Assembly (NCBI RefSeq): GCF_001194135.2 | Contig: NC_068996.1 | Location: forward strand, 38,932,954-38,996,953 | Direction of reading: 5' to 3' | Length of the DNA stretch: 64,000 nucleotides | Source of the DNA: Octopus bimaculoides | Taxonomy: Eukaryota | Part shown: in pieces, positions 12,965-25,414 of the stretch | How the letters are laid out: each line of letters opens with the position of its first letter | How positions within the stretch are numbered: position 1 is the first letter of the stretch | Program-made: the position numbers and the translations under genes | Notes under the pieces: generated by a model | Told to the model about the DNA's origin: nothing | Databases searched by the model: none | Seen by the model: the letters and a program-made list of their open reading frames with translations, nothing else

Positions 12965-13032
12965 ATTTACATTTAGATTATTTGCTTTATCAACTAGAAG
13001 CTCTAGTTTCTCATTTCGGTCTGATATCTGAT
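12965..13032 (-). CDS. VAMP7: VAMP7 coding exon 6 (DQISDRNEKLELLVDKANNLNVN)
   Basis: 68 nt, poly-T cag acceptor and GTAAGT donor. Contains the zero-layer Arg150 and LELLVDK. Confidence 0.95.
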
Positions 13033-14627
13033 CTGAAAAAAAAAAAAAAGAAAGAATTAACTAAATTAATTGAAATGGCTCTAATTATATATATTAGAGT
13101 CAGCTTGATGAGATTTTACTGTTATATTGTTGTATCTACCAGGATAATAAATTTTTGGCTATTCAAAAGGGTAATTTTGATAGAAAGAAAACGGATATAG
13201 TAAACAAAATTATATCATAGTGGTACCTAATGCAATGATAATATTTTCTTTATCTTTATGACATACTTAACATATGGGTATTTTTGAAAAGCCTGAAACT
13301 ACACTTTTCATCAGGGAAGAAAAAATCTCATCATAGATGCATGATATTAAAAACATAATACACTTCAGGGTGAAGCAAAACAAAATTGCCACAAAGTGAT
13401 TATAAAGTGACAGATGTGCATTTTGTCATTTTTGTAGTTTGTTTTATTTAGCTCTGAAACATAGTGTTTTTTAAAACACTATATCTTTTACATGTTTCAG
13501 TCATTAGACTGCAGCCATGCTTAAAGAATTTTTAGTCTGAGGTATTGACCCCAATATTTATTTTGTTTTTTAAAGCCTAGTACCTATTCTATTGGTTTCT
13601 TTTGCCAAACGACTAAGTTATAGGGGGTGTAAACACATCAGCACCAGTTGTCAAGCAGTGCGAAGGGACAAACACTGACACAAAGACACACACACACACA
13701 TAATATATGTATATATACAATAGGCTTCTTTCAGCTTCTATCAATCAAATCCACTCACAAGTCTTTGGTTGGCTTGAGGTTATTGCAGAAGACACTTGCC
13801 AAAGGTGCCACACTGGGACTGAACCCAGGATCATGCGGTTGGGAAGCAAGCTTCTTACCACAGAGCCACACATGTACCTACATCTATAAAGGGATTTTTT
13901 TGCTGGATGAAAACTGTGGCTTCTGGCCTTTCAATGTACACTAAGTATGTAATATAGGTAAAAATTATACTCTACAGTGGTTTCTATTGCATAATTTGAA
14001 TTTTATTCAGCCCAAATAACTTCACTGCAAGCCAATATATTGTTTATACACTGTCTCTATATACTTCAAACTGGACAATTCAATCTTGTTTTGGAAGTGA
14101 CTTAAGTTTGTGACATTGACAAGCTGCAAAAACATTGAAATACACATCTGTTGCACTTGTGGTCACCTCCAGTGTGGTTTTGTTTTGCCTAACTCTGAAG
14201 GATATGGCAAGTTTTAATGCAATGCATCTATAAAAAGAATTTTTCCTGGAAAGAAAAATGCAGCTTCAGGTTTTTCAATGATACACATATATTAACCATG
14301 TCATATAGATAAAAAAAATTTACTGTAGAGCTCCTAATGCAAAATTTGAACGATATTTTCATTTCCAACTGTTTTGTGAAGTACTATTAAGCTACAGTGT
14401 AATTAAGTGAAGGAAAAAAATGTTTGATTAATTACAATTAATTACATCCTTGATGATGAAATCATTAATGGTGATGATTATATTTTTGTCAAGAAATTCA
14501 AAGGAGACATGTATGTTTATCCCTACATACGTGTATGTATGTGTATGTGGGAGAGGGAAGACATGGGACAAAGTATAGAAGGCTGATCTCAAAATGTTGA
14601 ACCTTACAAAGATGACAAAGTACCAAG

Positions 14628-14630
<3 letters not shown>

Positions 14631-14662
<32 letters not shown>

Positions 14663-15757
14663 AATTATTGTGTACAGTGCTCAGTTGCACTACAACTCAT
14701 CAAAGGTGCATGTACAGTAGATAGAATTATGTACAAAAGCCAGGAAAGTGAACAGTGTATGAGTCATGATATACATGTCTGCATGCATATGGAGGGGGTG
14801 GTTATCATGTGTAGTGTTGGTGAATTTCTGGAAGCATGGGGGTTTTAAAGGATGCAATGTCTCAGCAACTAACAACTGATTCAGGTTGTTTGTTCCATGC
14901 TTCAGCAATGCTGAGTGTGAAAAAAACATTTCCAAAAGTCATGGCAGCTGTGCTGTTTTCTGACATGCCCACATGTGTTAGACACATGTAGCTCAAAAAG
15001 GTGTTCAAGGTGGTTGTTGGCAGAATGAATAATTATTTTGTGGTTGTTTACTAAGTCAGTTGTCGGAGCTTCAGAGCATGGTAGATGCCTGATGGAGGGT
15101 GTCCGCTTGGCTGCATGTCTCTGTACAGTTTCCAGGAGGTCAATGTCCTGAGCAAGATAGGGGTTCCAAACTGATGATGCAAATTCCAAGTGTGGTCGCA
15201 CAATAGCCATATACAGCCTTAAACAGATAGTTGGAAAGCAGCTGATAAAGGTCTTGCTGAGTGATACCAAGACATCCTCGGCCTGCTCGACAATTTTAGA
15301 GATGTGCTTTGTCCAGCACAAATCGCTGCTGGCGGTAATAATGCCCAGGTCACATTCACAAGAAGACTGCTTGATATTAGTGTTGTGAAGAGAGTATGTG
15401 GACATTGGGTTTTTCCTCCCAAAGTGCATGGTGGTACACTTGTCCACAGCCAGCTTGAGTTGCCAGTCCATGATCCATTGTCACATTGTGTCCAGTTCTG
15501 ATTGCAGGAAAGATTTATAGTGTTCAGGATCTGTCTTTTTTTACCTCAAGGTACAGCTTGATGTCATCTGCATATTTCAACACTGTGGCATATTTCAACA
15601 ATGTATGCAACAAACAATAGGGGGCCAAGAACAGATCCCTGCAGTGCACTAAATGACATCTCATAGGGTGAAGAATGCTGTCCTGGAAGTGTGACTTCTT
15701 TCCAACCAGTTAAAAAGATCATAAGTGGCACATTTCTGTACTTGACAGAATTAAGAT
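14631..15757 (-). mobile_element. 5'-truncated CR1/L2-group LINE (RT C-terminal half)
   Basis: QGSVLGPLLF, KYADDIKLY, WQLKLAVDKC, DLGI, RPHLEFASSVWNPY and LETVQR motifs, with frameshifts. Ends in an (ATT)n tail at 14631-14660. Confidence 0.9.
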
Positions 15758-16070
15758 CCTAAAACCAAGGCGCCACATAAAAAAGCATTGGTGTGGGTGG
15801 TGGTGCCATGTAAATAGCACCCAATACACTCTGTGGAGTGAATGGCATCAGGAAGGACATCCAGCCATAGAAACCAAGCCAAAAAAGACTATTGGACCTG
15901 GTGCAGTCCCTGGCCTTGCCAGTCTCTTTCAAGCCATCCAACCCATGCCAGTATGGAAAACGGATGTTAAATGCTGATTTTTTTTTTTGATCATCATCAT
16001 CATCGTCATTGTTGTTGTTGTTGTTTAACATCTGCCTTCCATGCCAGCATTTTATATATATAAAATTATA

Positions 16071-16385
16071 TGGTGAAGGCACAAGGCTCAGTGGTCAGCG
16101 TGTCAGGCTCACACTCATGAAGTAGTGAGTTCAATTCCTGAACCAGATACTTTATTTCACGTTGCTCCAGTTCACTCTGCTGTAAAAGTGAGTTGTGATG
16201 TCATTGGTGCCAAGTTGTATCAGCCTCTGCCTTTCCCTTGGATAACATCAGTAGCATGGAGAGGGTAGGCTGGTATGCATGGATGATTTCTTGTCTTCCA
16301 TAAACAACCTTGCCTGGACTTGTGCCTCGGAGGGGAACTTTCTAGGTTCAGTCCCATGGTCAGTCATGACTGAAGGGTGTCTTTA
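16071..16385 (+). mobile_element. Second tRNA-derived SINE family
   Basis: Head ggctcagtggtcag..gagttcaattcc. Homologous minus-strand copy at 23805-24150. Confidence 0.8.
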
Positions 16386-16439
16386 ATTTTTATATATATA
16401 ACCTTTATATGTATATATAATAATCTTTATATATACATA

Positions 16440-16790
16440 TATATGGTGGTCGTCTACTCCTTCTAAAGAGTTTGACCACCTCCTGTACCTACACCCTATA
16501 ACCATCATAGCATTTGATGTGACTTTTTAAAGCAGACAATGTTTTGAAAAGATACCCACATAGATTGCATATACGGTTTAGACCATGAGGATCTGCAGTT
16601 CTCAACTTTGTGGATCTTAAAATATCTTTTGAAGCCTCCATTTGATTTGCAAACCTGGCATACACTGCATTGACAGGTGTGCACAGACATATAGGCAGAA
16701 TAGCTGGTGGAGGTTCCTTTACCATGGGTTTGCAAATGAGATTTGAACCCAGCAAAAGAAAGTTTAACCTCCCATGCCACTTAACATTCA
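16440..16790 (-). mobile_element. RTE-type LINE 3' end with two degenerate C2H2-like motifs
   Basis: CSVCQVCKSNGGFKRYFKIH and CNLCGYLFKTLSALKSH in different frames, followed by a short tail running into (AT)n. Confidence 0.6.
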
Positions 16791-17934
16791 AAACAACAGA
16801 GACTAGTAGTCACCATGTTAATAAGTGTTGATAGTAATTTGCTGGTGAGTAAGGGGTGGGGAGTGTCTCAATATATTAATTGGTGGAAACATCTAGTCAT
16901 ATGTGAAAACCTCACTCCTAAACATCACCATGGAATAGTACAAACTTTCTTCAATTCAGATACAAAAAACAGGTACCAATCAATCCATCGGGCACAAGAG
17001 TTTTACAACTTCATGCCTAGTTCAAGGGTTTAGGATTGTTACCATGAACACCATGAAGGATACATAAAGAGAGATTGTACAGGAGAGAAGATGGAAGGGA
17101 ACCTCAACCAGGCTCCCCACAAGTAATGGACAATGACAAAGGTACAAATTCTTTCTTTCTTTTTGGAGGGTGGGTGTAATAACAATGCAAGAGAAATGAA
17201 CTAATGAAGTGAACAAGACACGAGAGTGTATGATAAAGAAATTAATCTTAGGTTAATCATGGATAACATAACTGATATTTATTGTTGCATATGCACCACA
17301 ATGAGGACTGGCAGATGAACAGCAGTAAGACTTGTATGAGGTTCCTCAGTAGACTATCTTTAAACATGATAGCAGCCTCATTATTACTATACATAACGGT
17401 TGTGGATGTGGGGAATGAGTAGGATACCAAAGCTCCTGGAGGCCTGTAACACAAATGACCAAATCATTTACAACACTGATTTCAGAAAACTAACCAGGTC
17501 AACAACTAATCAAGCACAAGTCAGATAGATCCCAGGAAACAGGATAGACAGATTATTGTAAATGCTAAGTGACAGATCTGGGATGATTCAAAGTAAGGGA
17601 GACAACAAAAAACAATATTAGATGACTTGAAAAGAAGCTAAGTGTCATGTTTGGTAACATGAGAAGCTGAAAATAGGTTTGCTCATGTTCTGTAGAATGG
17701 AAACCAGAGACATGAGGCTTTCCAGATTGTAAGGTTGTGTACTACTTGAGGTAATTAAGATGTCATAATGGGAGAAATGTATAATAGTAGTACGCCTCAA
17801 TGATACTCAGAACTAAATGACATGGAAATGCTTTTTATGAGAGGTTGTTGAATGACAGGAAGGCATGGGAGGGCAAGGGCCTATCCTAAGGTCCAAGAGA
17901 GAAGTTTATAGCTGTATGATGAAAGCACATATAA

Positions 17935-18312
17935 TTAAAGATATGATGACCGGGTAAGCAGCTGGACCACCGAAGATAGTTGTAGAAAAGTTTTGACACC
18001 TTCCCAGGCGGTTAGAGAAAACGTTTCCTTTTCAGACAAATTTTTTTTTATTAAACAAGCTTGCACTTTCATCTGATGTATCCAAGCTAATAATAGAAAG
18101 TTCATACTCATTATCATCTTCTGAGCTTGACATCTGGATGTAATTTGTAAAAAAAAAAAAAAAAAAGGAAAACAGATAAAAACCAAGAAATGACATATAA
18201 ACTCGTCTGTAGCTGTTTTTGAAATTATACGTTTTGGACAAGTTTATTCACCGCACTCTGAAAAAGACAAATTGGTTGAAGACAAGTTAACTCGTCTTTG
18301 CTGGATAAGGGG
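17935..18312 (-). mobile_element. 5' fragment of a piggyBac-like element
   Basis: TTAA at 18313-18316 followed on the minus strand by CCCCTTATCCAGCAAAGACGAGTTAAC. A second GACGAGT motif near 18200. Acidic broken ORF MSSSEDDNEYELS. No right end found. Confidence 0.5.
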
Positions 18313-19499
18313 TTAAAATAGATGCAGATGTCACATGAGTCACTCACATAACTTACCAACTCTTACAAAGACCAGTATAGATGTCTCTCCTGTGTACATT
18401 TGCAACTACAATTGACATGTAGCTGCTGTCTCTCTCTCTCTTTTACTTGTTTCAGTCATTTGACTGCGGCCATGCTGGAGCACCGCCTTTAGTTGAGCAA
18501 ATCGACCCCAGGACTTATTCTTTAGAAGCCTAGTATTAATTCTGTCGATCTCTTTTGCCGAACCGCTAATTGACGGGGACATAAACACACCAGCATCGGT
18601 TGTGAAGCCATGTTAGGGGGACAAACACAGACACACAAACATATACACACACATACATACATATATATNNNNNNNNNNNNNNNNNNNNNNNNNNNNNNNN
18701 NNNNNNNNNNNNNNNNNNNNNNNNNNNNNNNNNNNNNNNNNNNNNNNNNNNNNNNNNNNNNNNNNNNNNNNNATATATACATACAACGGGCTTCTTTCAG
18801 TTTCTGTCTACCAAATCCATTCACAAGGCTTTGGTCAGCCCGAGACTATAGTAGAAGACACTTGCCCAAGGTGCCACACAGTGGGAATGAACCCGGAACC
18901 ATGTGGTTGGTAAGCAAGCTACTTACCACACAGCCACTCCTGCGCCTATATATAGGTTGCCTGTCATGTAACTTGCAAAGATCACATTTCCTCTACGCAC
19001 TCTTTACTCTTGCTTGATATAGTTTTTACAGCTGAATGCTTTTCCTATAACAACTACTTTACATCATGTACTGTACTATTCAGTTTATCAAACCATTGGT
19101 ACTAGATTGTGCAGGACTAAAAAAATCCAATCTATTTTTTATTAATTAATATTTAGTCATTGGTCTCCAAGACAGGCAGGTTGTATATAGTTTACACAGC
19201 CCATATCTTATTCCAGCTATTCCTTTATTTTTAGCATGGTCATGACAGGTAGGTATCCTTTCTATCACTATCCATTCTACAGGATGAATTTGGTATTTTA
19301 CTGTGTTACAAAAACAAGAGATGCTTTCTATTTAGACTTATATGTCTCAATCTATACTGTAGAGGAGATTTTTTGTCCCTATACTTTTTCTGCCAATTTA
19401 ACGCTGTGCAACCAAGTAATCATCCTTAATTTGAAATCTGTAATGGTAATCGCACCGAACCTCTCCTTCTTTAAACACTAAACTCTACTTGCAAAGACC

Positions 19500-19995
19500 T
19501 GTTGGGGCAAGTGAAATCGAAATCGTAATTGAACTATACTCGTTGACTGGCACCTGCGCCAGTGGAGCACTAACAGCACTGTCCGAGCGTGTTCATTACC
19601 AGAGCAGCTGTCTGGCTTCCGTGCTAGTGGCCTGTAAATAGCACCACTTGAGCGTAATTGTTACCAGCGTTGCATTACTGGCACGTTAGAAAATCATTCA
19701 AGCGAGGTTGTTGCCAGTGTGCTGGACTGGCTCCCATGCAGGTGGCACGTAAAAAACACCATTTTGAGCATGGCCGTTGCTAGTACCGTGTGACTGGCCC
19801 TTGTGCCGGTGGCACGTAAAAGCACCTACTACACTCTCGGAGTGGTTAGCATTAGGAATGGCATCCAGCTGTAGAAACTCTGCCAGATCAGATTGGAGCC
19901 TGGTGTAGCCATCTGGTTCACCAGACCTCAGTCAAATCATCCAACTCATGCTAACATGGAAAGCAGATGTTAAATGATGATGATGATGATGATGA
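19500..19995 (+). mobile_element. RTE 3'UTR-derived element: about 60-bp tandem units, conserved tail and (GAT)n
   Basis: Units with core tggcacgtaaaaagcacc, tail cactacactctcggagtgg..gcatggaaagcagatgttaaatgatgatg. Also at 29595-29846-, 36130-36555+ and 52115-52586+. Shorter tail-only copies near 15760, 20640, 21160, 23025, 26740, 27060, 45300, 46850 and 61580. Confidence 0.82.
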
Positions 19996-20056
19996 TGAAT
20001 TCATTTTATTCAATCACTGCAAATTACTGTTTTTTACTTTTTCTCTTATTACTTAC

Positions 20057-20147
20057 CAATATCTCTCACAATAATTTCTTTCAGTTCATCAACTTGATTT
20101 TTAACTTTTTCCAGTTTGTCTGTATTTTTCACATCCGAGTAATATCG
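20057..20147 (-). CDS. VAMP7: VAMP7 coding exon 5 (RYYSDVKNTDKLEKVKNQVDELKEIIVRDI)
   Basis: 91 nt, ctttag acceptor and GTAAGT donor (phase 1). Encodes the start of the R-SNARE motif (QVDELK). Confidence 0.95.
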
Positions 20148-21447
20148 CTAAAGAATAAACAAAATAAAATTAAATTAAAAAAGGAAATTTTCAAAAATCA
20201 ATTATTTTTTAAAAGGATTTTATTCATTTATTTTCAAAGAATGAATAATAATTAATGTATGTATTTTCTGCTCAATAAACTTCTTTAATATACATTTCAA
20301 TTACCAAATCTTGATTTCTGTATGGATTATTTTGAGAGTTCCTAAGAGAGATCAAAGGAATTATGGAACATCCTCCTCTATCCCCTCAGTACTATTTATA
20401 CTGCCCCACCCTCTGTTCCTTGTGGGTAGGCCTCAATGCATTTCTAACAGCATCTGTTTCTCTCTTTCTCACTCTGTTTATATTTCTCTCTCTCTCTCTC
20501 TTTCACATTTCTTGTCCTACTGGGATAGCCTAGTATCTCCTGTATAATAAGACAACTATGTCTGTCTGTTATACTCTAACCTCTTGTCTGGCAGACAGCC
20601 ATTTCCCTTGATTCCAGTCTCTCTCTTAGTCGAGAGGTCTCTGTGTTGCAAGTACTTGGTGATACCGCTAATGCAGGTGCCACATAAAAATGCCCAGTAC
20701 CACTGTAAAATGGTTGGCATTAGGAAAGACATCTTGTGTAGAAACCATGCCAAAACTGACAGTCAGAGCCCTCTAGCTGGCAAGCCACAGGGCTTGCCAG
20801 CTCCTATCAAGCAGCCTGACCCATACCAGCATGGAAAACAGACATTAAACAATGATGATGATGATGATGGCTGTGCTTCCTTCCCTGTTTGCCATTCTCT
20901 GTACCACCTATATCTCTATATTCCCTACTTTTAACCATGTGTTGCTCACCTTGCAAATTTATCTGGTCTGCTTCCCCTATCCACCTCACATTCATATTCT
21001 TGTACCTTGAGGATATATCTTGACATCTCATCATCACCATTTCCTCCCCTTTTCCAGCTAGGGTAGCCATGTATCTCCTCTGCAACAAAACATCTGTTCT
21101 TATCCCTCTATCATACTCTTTTCTCTCAACACCTGGTATAAACCACCTCCCTCAATAAAAGGGTCTTGTCTTGCAAGTTATTTGACAACCTCACTAGTGC
21201 TGGTGATATGAAAATACACCCAGTACACTCTGTAAAATGGCTGGCATTAATAAGGGTATCCAGGCACAGAAACCATGCCAAAGCAAACATTGGAGCTCAA
21301 CAGAAGCCTCTGACCTGTTGGATCCTGTCAAACCATCCAACATATGCTACAATAGAATACAGATGCTAAATGGTGATGATGAACATCAACAGAATATAAA
21401 ATCCATGAAACAATATTAAACAAAAATAGAAACAGTTGTTATCATAC

Positions 21448-21535
21448 CATTTGAAGACTCAATTCTCGAGAAAATTCACTGTTCATAGCATAGGGTAATG
21501 CAGTACGTGCTCTTTGGCCATACTGAACTTGAAAT
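21448..21535 (-). CDS. VAMP7: VAMP7 coding exon 4 (FQVQYGQRARTALPYAMNSEFSRELSLQM)
   Basis: 88 nt, tctgtag acceptor and GTATGA donor. Contains the diagnostic TALPYAMNSEFS motif. Confidence 0.96.
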
Positions 21536-23804
21536 CTACAGATAGAAATAAAAATTGTATATAATATATTGTATTAGTACAGTGTTTAACAAGTACCAAG
21601 TCTACAAAATATGAACTGCAAATTTGCAATACTATACACATTTCATGAGACCAAAATTGGGAGAGATCATGGAAGATGTGTAATTAAGTATCAGCTATAA
21701 GGGAACAACAATGATAGAAGAGGCCGTGATTTGGTGCATAACATATATATAATAAAGATCTACAGAGACATCAAAATAGGCTGCATAATCCTTCAGACAT
21801 TGTACCCCCTATATGGATATATGGATAAAAAAAAAACACCACAGCATGAGGACATGACCCACTGTCACAAAGGAGGTATTCATTTGGAAATGAAAACTTC
21901 TACCAAAGGAAATTGTGTAATGTACAGCCTCACAACTCTTTCTAACTGCAGCAATATATTCAGGATCATTGCCAGAATATCCCTTTTTAATATTGTGAGC
22001 TTTTTACAATAGATTACTTTTCAAACACAACAGATTTATAAGTAATATATCCATACTGATGAATACACATCTAGACACTGAACAAATTCCTTAACTCCTC
22101 TTCTTGACCTTCTTTTTTACACCACATCACACATCTTTAGTTCTAATATACAGCAAGGTAACAAAAATTCATATACCAACTATCCCAAATAGTTCCTTGA
22201 ACCAAACTGCCTGAGACAACTACTGGTTTTATGATGCAGGCTTCTTGTTTGAAAGTGATCTAAATTTAAACCTTTCCTCAAAATTTTATGTAAAATGAAG
22301 TTCAAAACACCAGCTTAATGGTGATAAAACCATTTTATTAAATTCTTCATTATTTTCAAAATTAACTGGACCAAAGGCAGTGTATTTCAAAAGAAATATA
22401 ATAACAAAAGGGTTTAAAAAGTACCCTCATAGACTGGCCCAAAAGGCACTCAAGCATATGATAGTATATCTCAATTTCTGAAAAGGTAGCTTATCTGAGA
22501 AAGTTTTAAATGTCATGTGCAAGATCATGCTGGAACATGTGATAAGAAATTATTGAATATTATCCTTGCTCATTCCATTTGAATTACATTTTTCTATGTA
22601 TAATGACTAATATAAGGTTTGTAAGACCTAATCCACTAAAAACTTTCTGTCTTACACTACACACAAATGCCTTCTTGGACATCAGAATTGATAAAAGCAG
22701 AGGTTTTTACTCTTGCCAAATAAACTAACTCCTTCATATTATCTGGAAGGCCAGTTTATAAACACCAAATTGAAATTAACCAGCTTAAAAATAGCAAGAC
22801 TTCTGACAAGACAGTTCAATGTAGCACACATTGCTAGAACATGTAGAGACCATTAATTATTCAGATATGCATCAAGATACATTCATCCACTCTTTCTTCA
22901 CTTTTGAGAATTTTACTTTTGATGCCACTTTATATTCACCACTGCTTTCAGCCAAACAAGGGACCCTTTATGTGGTACTTAATAGTAATAGCTGCTACAA
23001 TTTCTTTAAATAACTATCTAACAATCATCATCATCGTTTAACATCCTCCTTCCATACTGGGTTGGACAGTTTGACAGGGACTAGCCAGGGAGAAGACTAC
23101 CCAAGGCTACTGTGTCAGTTTTGGCATGGTTTCTACAGCTGGATGCCCTTCCAAATGCCAACCACTTTACAGTGTGGACAGGATGCTTTTTATGTGGCAC
23201 CAGCACTGGCAGGGTCACTAAGTAACTTGCAACAATCTTAAACAAAAAAGATACTGTAGTACTAAGCATACTCCAAAATTGATGGGGTGGTTACAGTTGG
23301 AATGTCTTTGATCATAGATTTGTTTGATTTAAACTGGGGTTAAACAATGAGAACAAGAAACAGACTTTGTCCAAACACAACTTTTAACACATCTACATAT
23401 GCACTGGACTGAAATCTTCAAAACATTCTGAAAATGCTTTCATTATTTGACAAGCTCTAACAGTGAGTTCCATTAGCATTTAGATGTATTACAAAAGCTG
23501 ACTTCTGCACTCCTTTCATCTACTAAATTTTATTCATATGACTCTGGACTATTCATGGCAACAGAAGAAAGTACTTGACCAATATGTTGTGCAATATGAT
23601 TGAATAAAAATGATATGGTTTTGAAGAGAACTTTTAATAATGCAGATCAAAACCTTGTGAATGGATTCAGTGGATGGAAACTGAAAGAAGCTTCTGTGTG
23701 CGTGTGTGTGTTTGTGTGTGGTAGTGTCTCTTTGTCTTGACATTGTGTAATGAGTTGCAAAATGAGCATCATAGTTATACAAGCAGTGTCATTCATTTCC
23801 AATA

Positions 23805-24150
23805 AAGGGTAAAGACCCCTTCGGTCACGAATGACCATAGGATTGCACTTCGGAAGTTATCCTTCGAGGTACAAGTCCAGGCAAGGTTGTTTATGGAAGA
23901 CCAGCAGTCACCCATGCATACCGGCCTCGCCTCTCCATGCCACAAATGTTATCCAAGGGAAAGGCAAAGGGTCCAATACAGCTTGGTACCAGTGACATTG
24001 AAACTCATTTCTACAGCTAAGTGAACTGGAGCAACATGAAATAAAGTGTCTTGTTCAAGAACACAACACACAGCCTGGTCCAGGAATCCAACTCACAACC
24101 TCATGATGGTAAGTTCGAAGCTCTAACCACTGAGCCATGAGCCTTCACAC
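23805..24150 (-). mobile_element. tRNA-derived SINE with an 11-bp TSD, nested in another SINE
   Basis: TSD catttccaata at 23794-23804 and 24151-24161. Head gtgtgaaggctcatggctcagtggttagagc on the minus strand. Confidence 0.9.
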
Positions 24151-24824
24151 CATTTCCAATATTCTGCAAAAAAATATGTCTGAGCCAACTCTCACTTGGA
24201 AACAAGTGAGAGTTGGTGACAGGAAGGGTAACCAGCCACATAAAATCTGCCTCAATAAACAGTGTCCAATTGATGTAAACATGGAAAAGTGAACATTAAA
24301 ATGATGATGACCGGTGCCTTACTAACCATGAAATATGACACACATAAACAAGGAATTTTGTCAGTGAACAGGTCACGGTCTCAAAGCAACAGAAATATTT
24401 TGGCAAATCAAATTTAAATGTTGAAGTGAATCTAACGGATTTTATGTGTTTCTTAAATGGCTTATAAACACATTCCATGCTGCAATTATTTTCGTTCCAG
24501 CACACAATCTCAGATCAGTTACTTGCTATGCAAGTACATCTCCGTAATATACAAATAAAATTTGAAAACTTATTAGATAAGATTATTAACCTTTGAACTG
24601 ATATCATGACAAACTGCATGCTGAAGATGTGTTGAAGAAAAGAACAAATCAAATCTTATTTACAAATGATTTTGTTCTAAAACAAATTCTGTCAGTATNN
24701 NNNNNNNNTCAGTATGTTTTTGGGGGTTTTTTTTTCAATCCTTCGAGATTAATATGATGGATGTGATTATTGCATTTAAAAAGAACTGTTTTTTTTTTAA
24801 AAAAAAAAAAAGGTTAATTCTTAC

Positions 24825-24874
24825 TTCTTTTTTATATCATTGAGAAACATAAAGGCTTTTGCTCTCTCAAAAAC
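24825..24874 (-). CDS. VAMP7: VAMP7 coding exon 3 (VFERAKAFMFLNDIKK)
   Basis: 50 nt, gttttcag acceptor and GTAAGA donor. Phases 0/2 fit the neighbouring exons. Matches FERSRAFNFLNEIKK. Confidence 0.95.
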
Positions 24875-25235
24875 CTGAAAACAAATAAAAAAGATACAAA
24901 TCTTAATGAAACAAAGTCAACAATAAAAAGAAATTGTTCATAAAATGAAAAAAGATCAAAAGATGAACACTATTAACATGGTTGCCCCTTAAATGGTGAT
25001 GGTGGTGATGATGGGTGGTGGTAATGATAGGTAATGGTGATGATGCTGGTAGTGGTGACGGTAGATGGTGGTGATGACGGATAGTGGTGGATAGAGAGTG
25101 ATGGCGGATGAAGAGTGATAGCAGATGATCGTGGTGATGATGATGGTGGTGAGGTGATGTTAGTGGTGGGGTGATGATGGTGGTGGTGGCAGTAGAGGTG
25201 ATACTACTGATATAAATGACTAAATGCTTTTGCAT

Positions 25236-25414
25236 TGAGGACTGGTGCAACCGGATGGCTACACCAGGCTCCAATCTAATTTGGCATCCAGCTGTAGAAA
25301 CTCTGCCAAATTAGATTGGAGCCTGGTGTAGCCATCCGGTTGCACCAGTCCTCAGTCAAATCGTCCAACCCATGCTAGCATGGAAAGCGGACGTTAAACG
25401 ATGATGATGATGAT
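25236..25414 (+). mobile_element. RTE-tail insertion with a perfect 51-bp 5' fold-back inversion
   Basis: 25236-25286 is the exact reverse complement of 25304-25354, with a 17-nt loop, followed by the normal tail and (GAT)n. Confidence 0.9.

Noticed and set aside
24903-25274. His/Thr-rich ORFs (also 25827-26147)
   Set aside because: They are translations of GGT/GAT simple repeats inside a VAMP7 intron.
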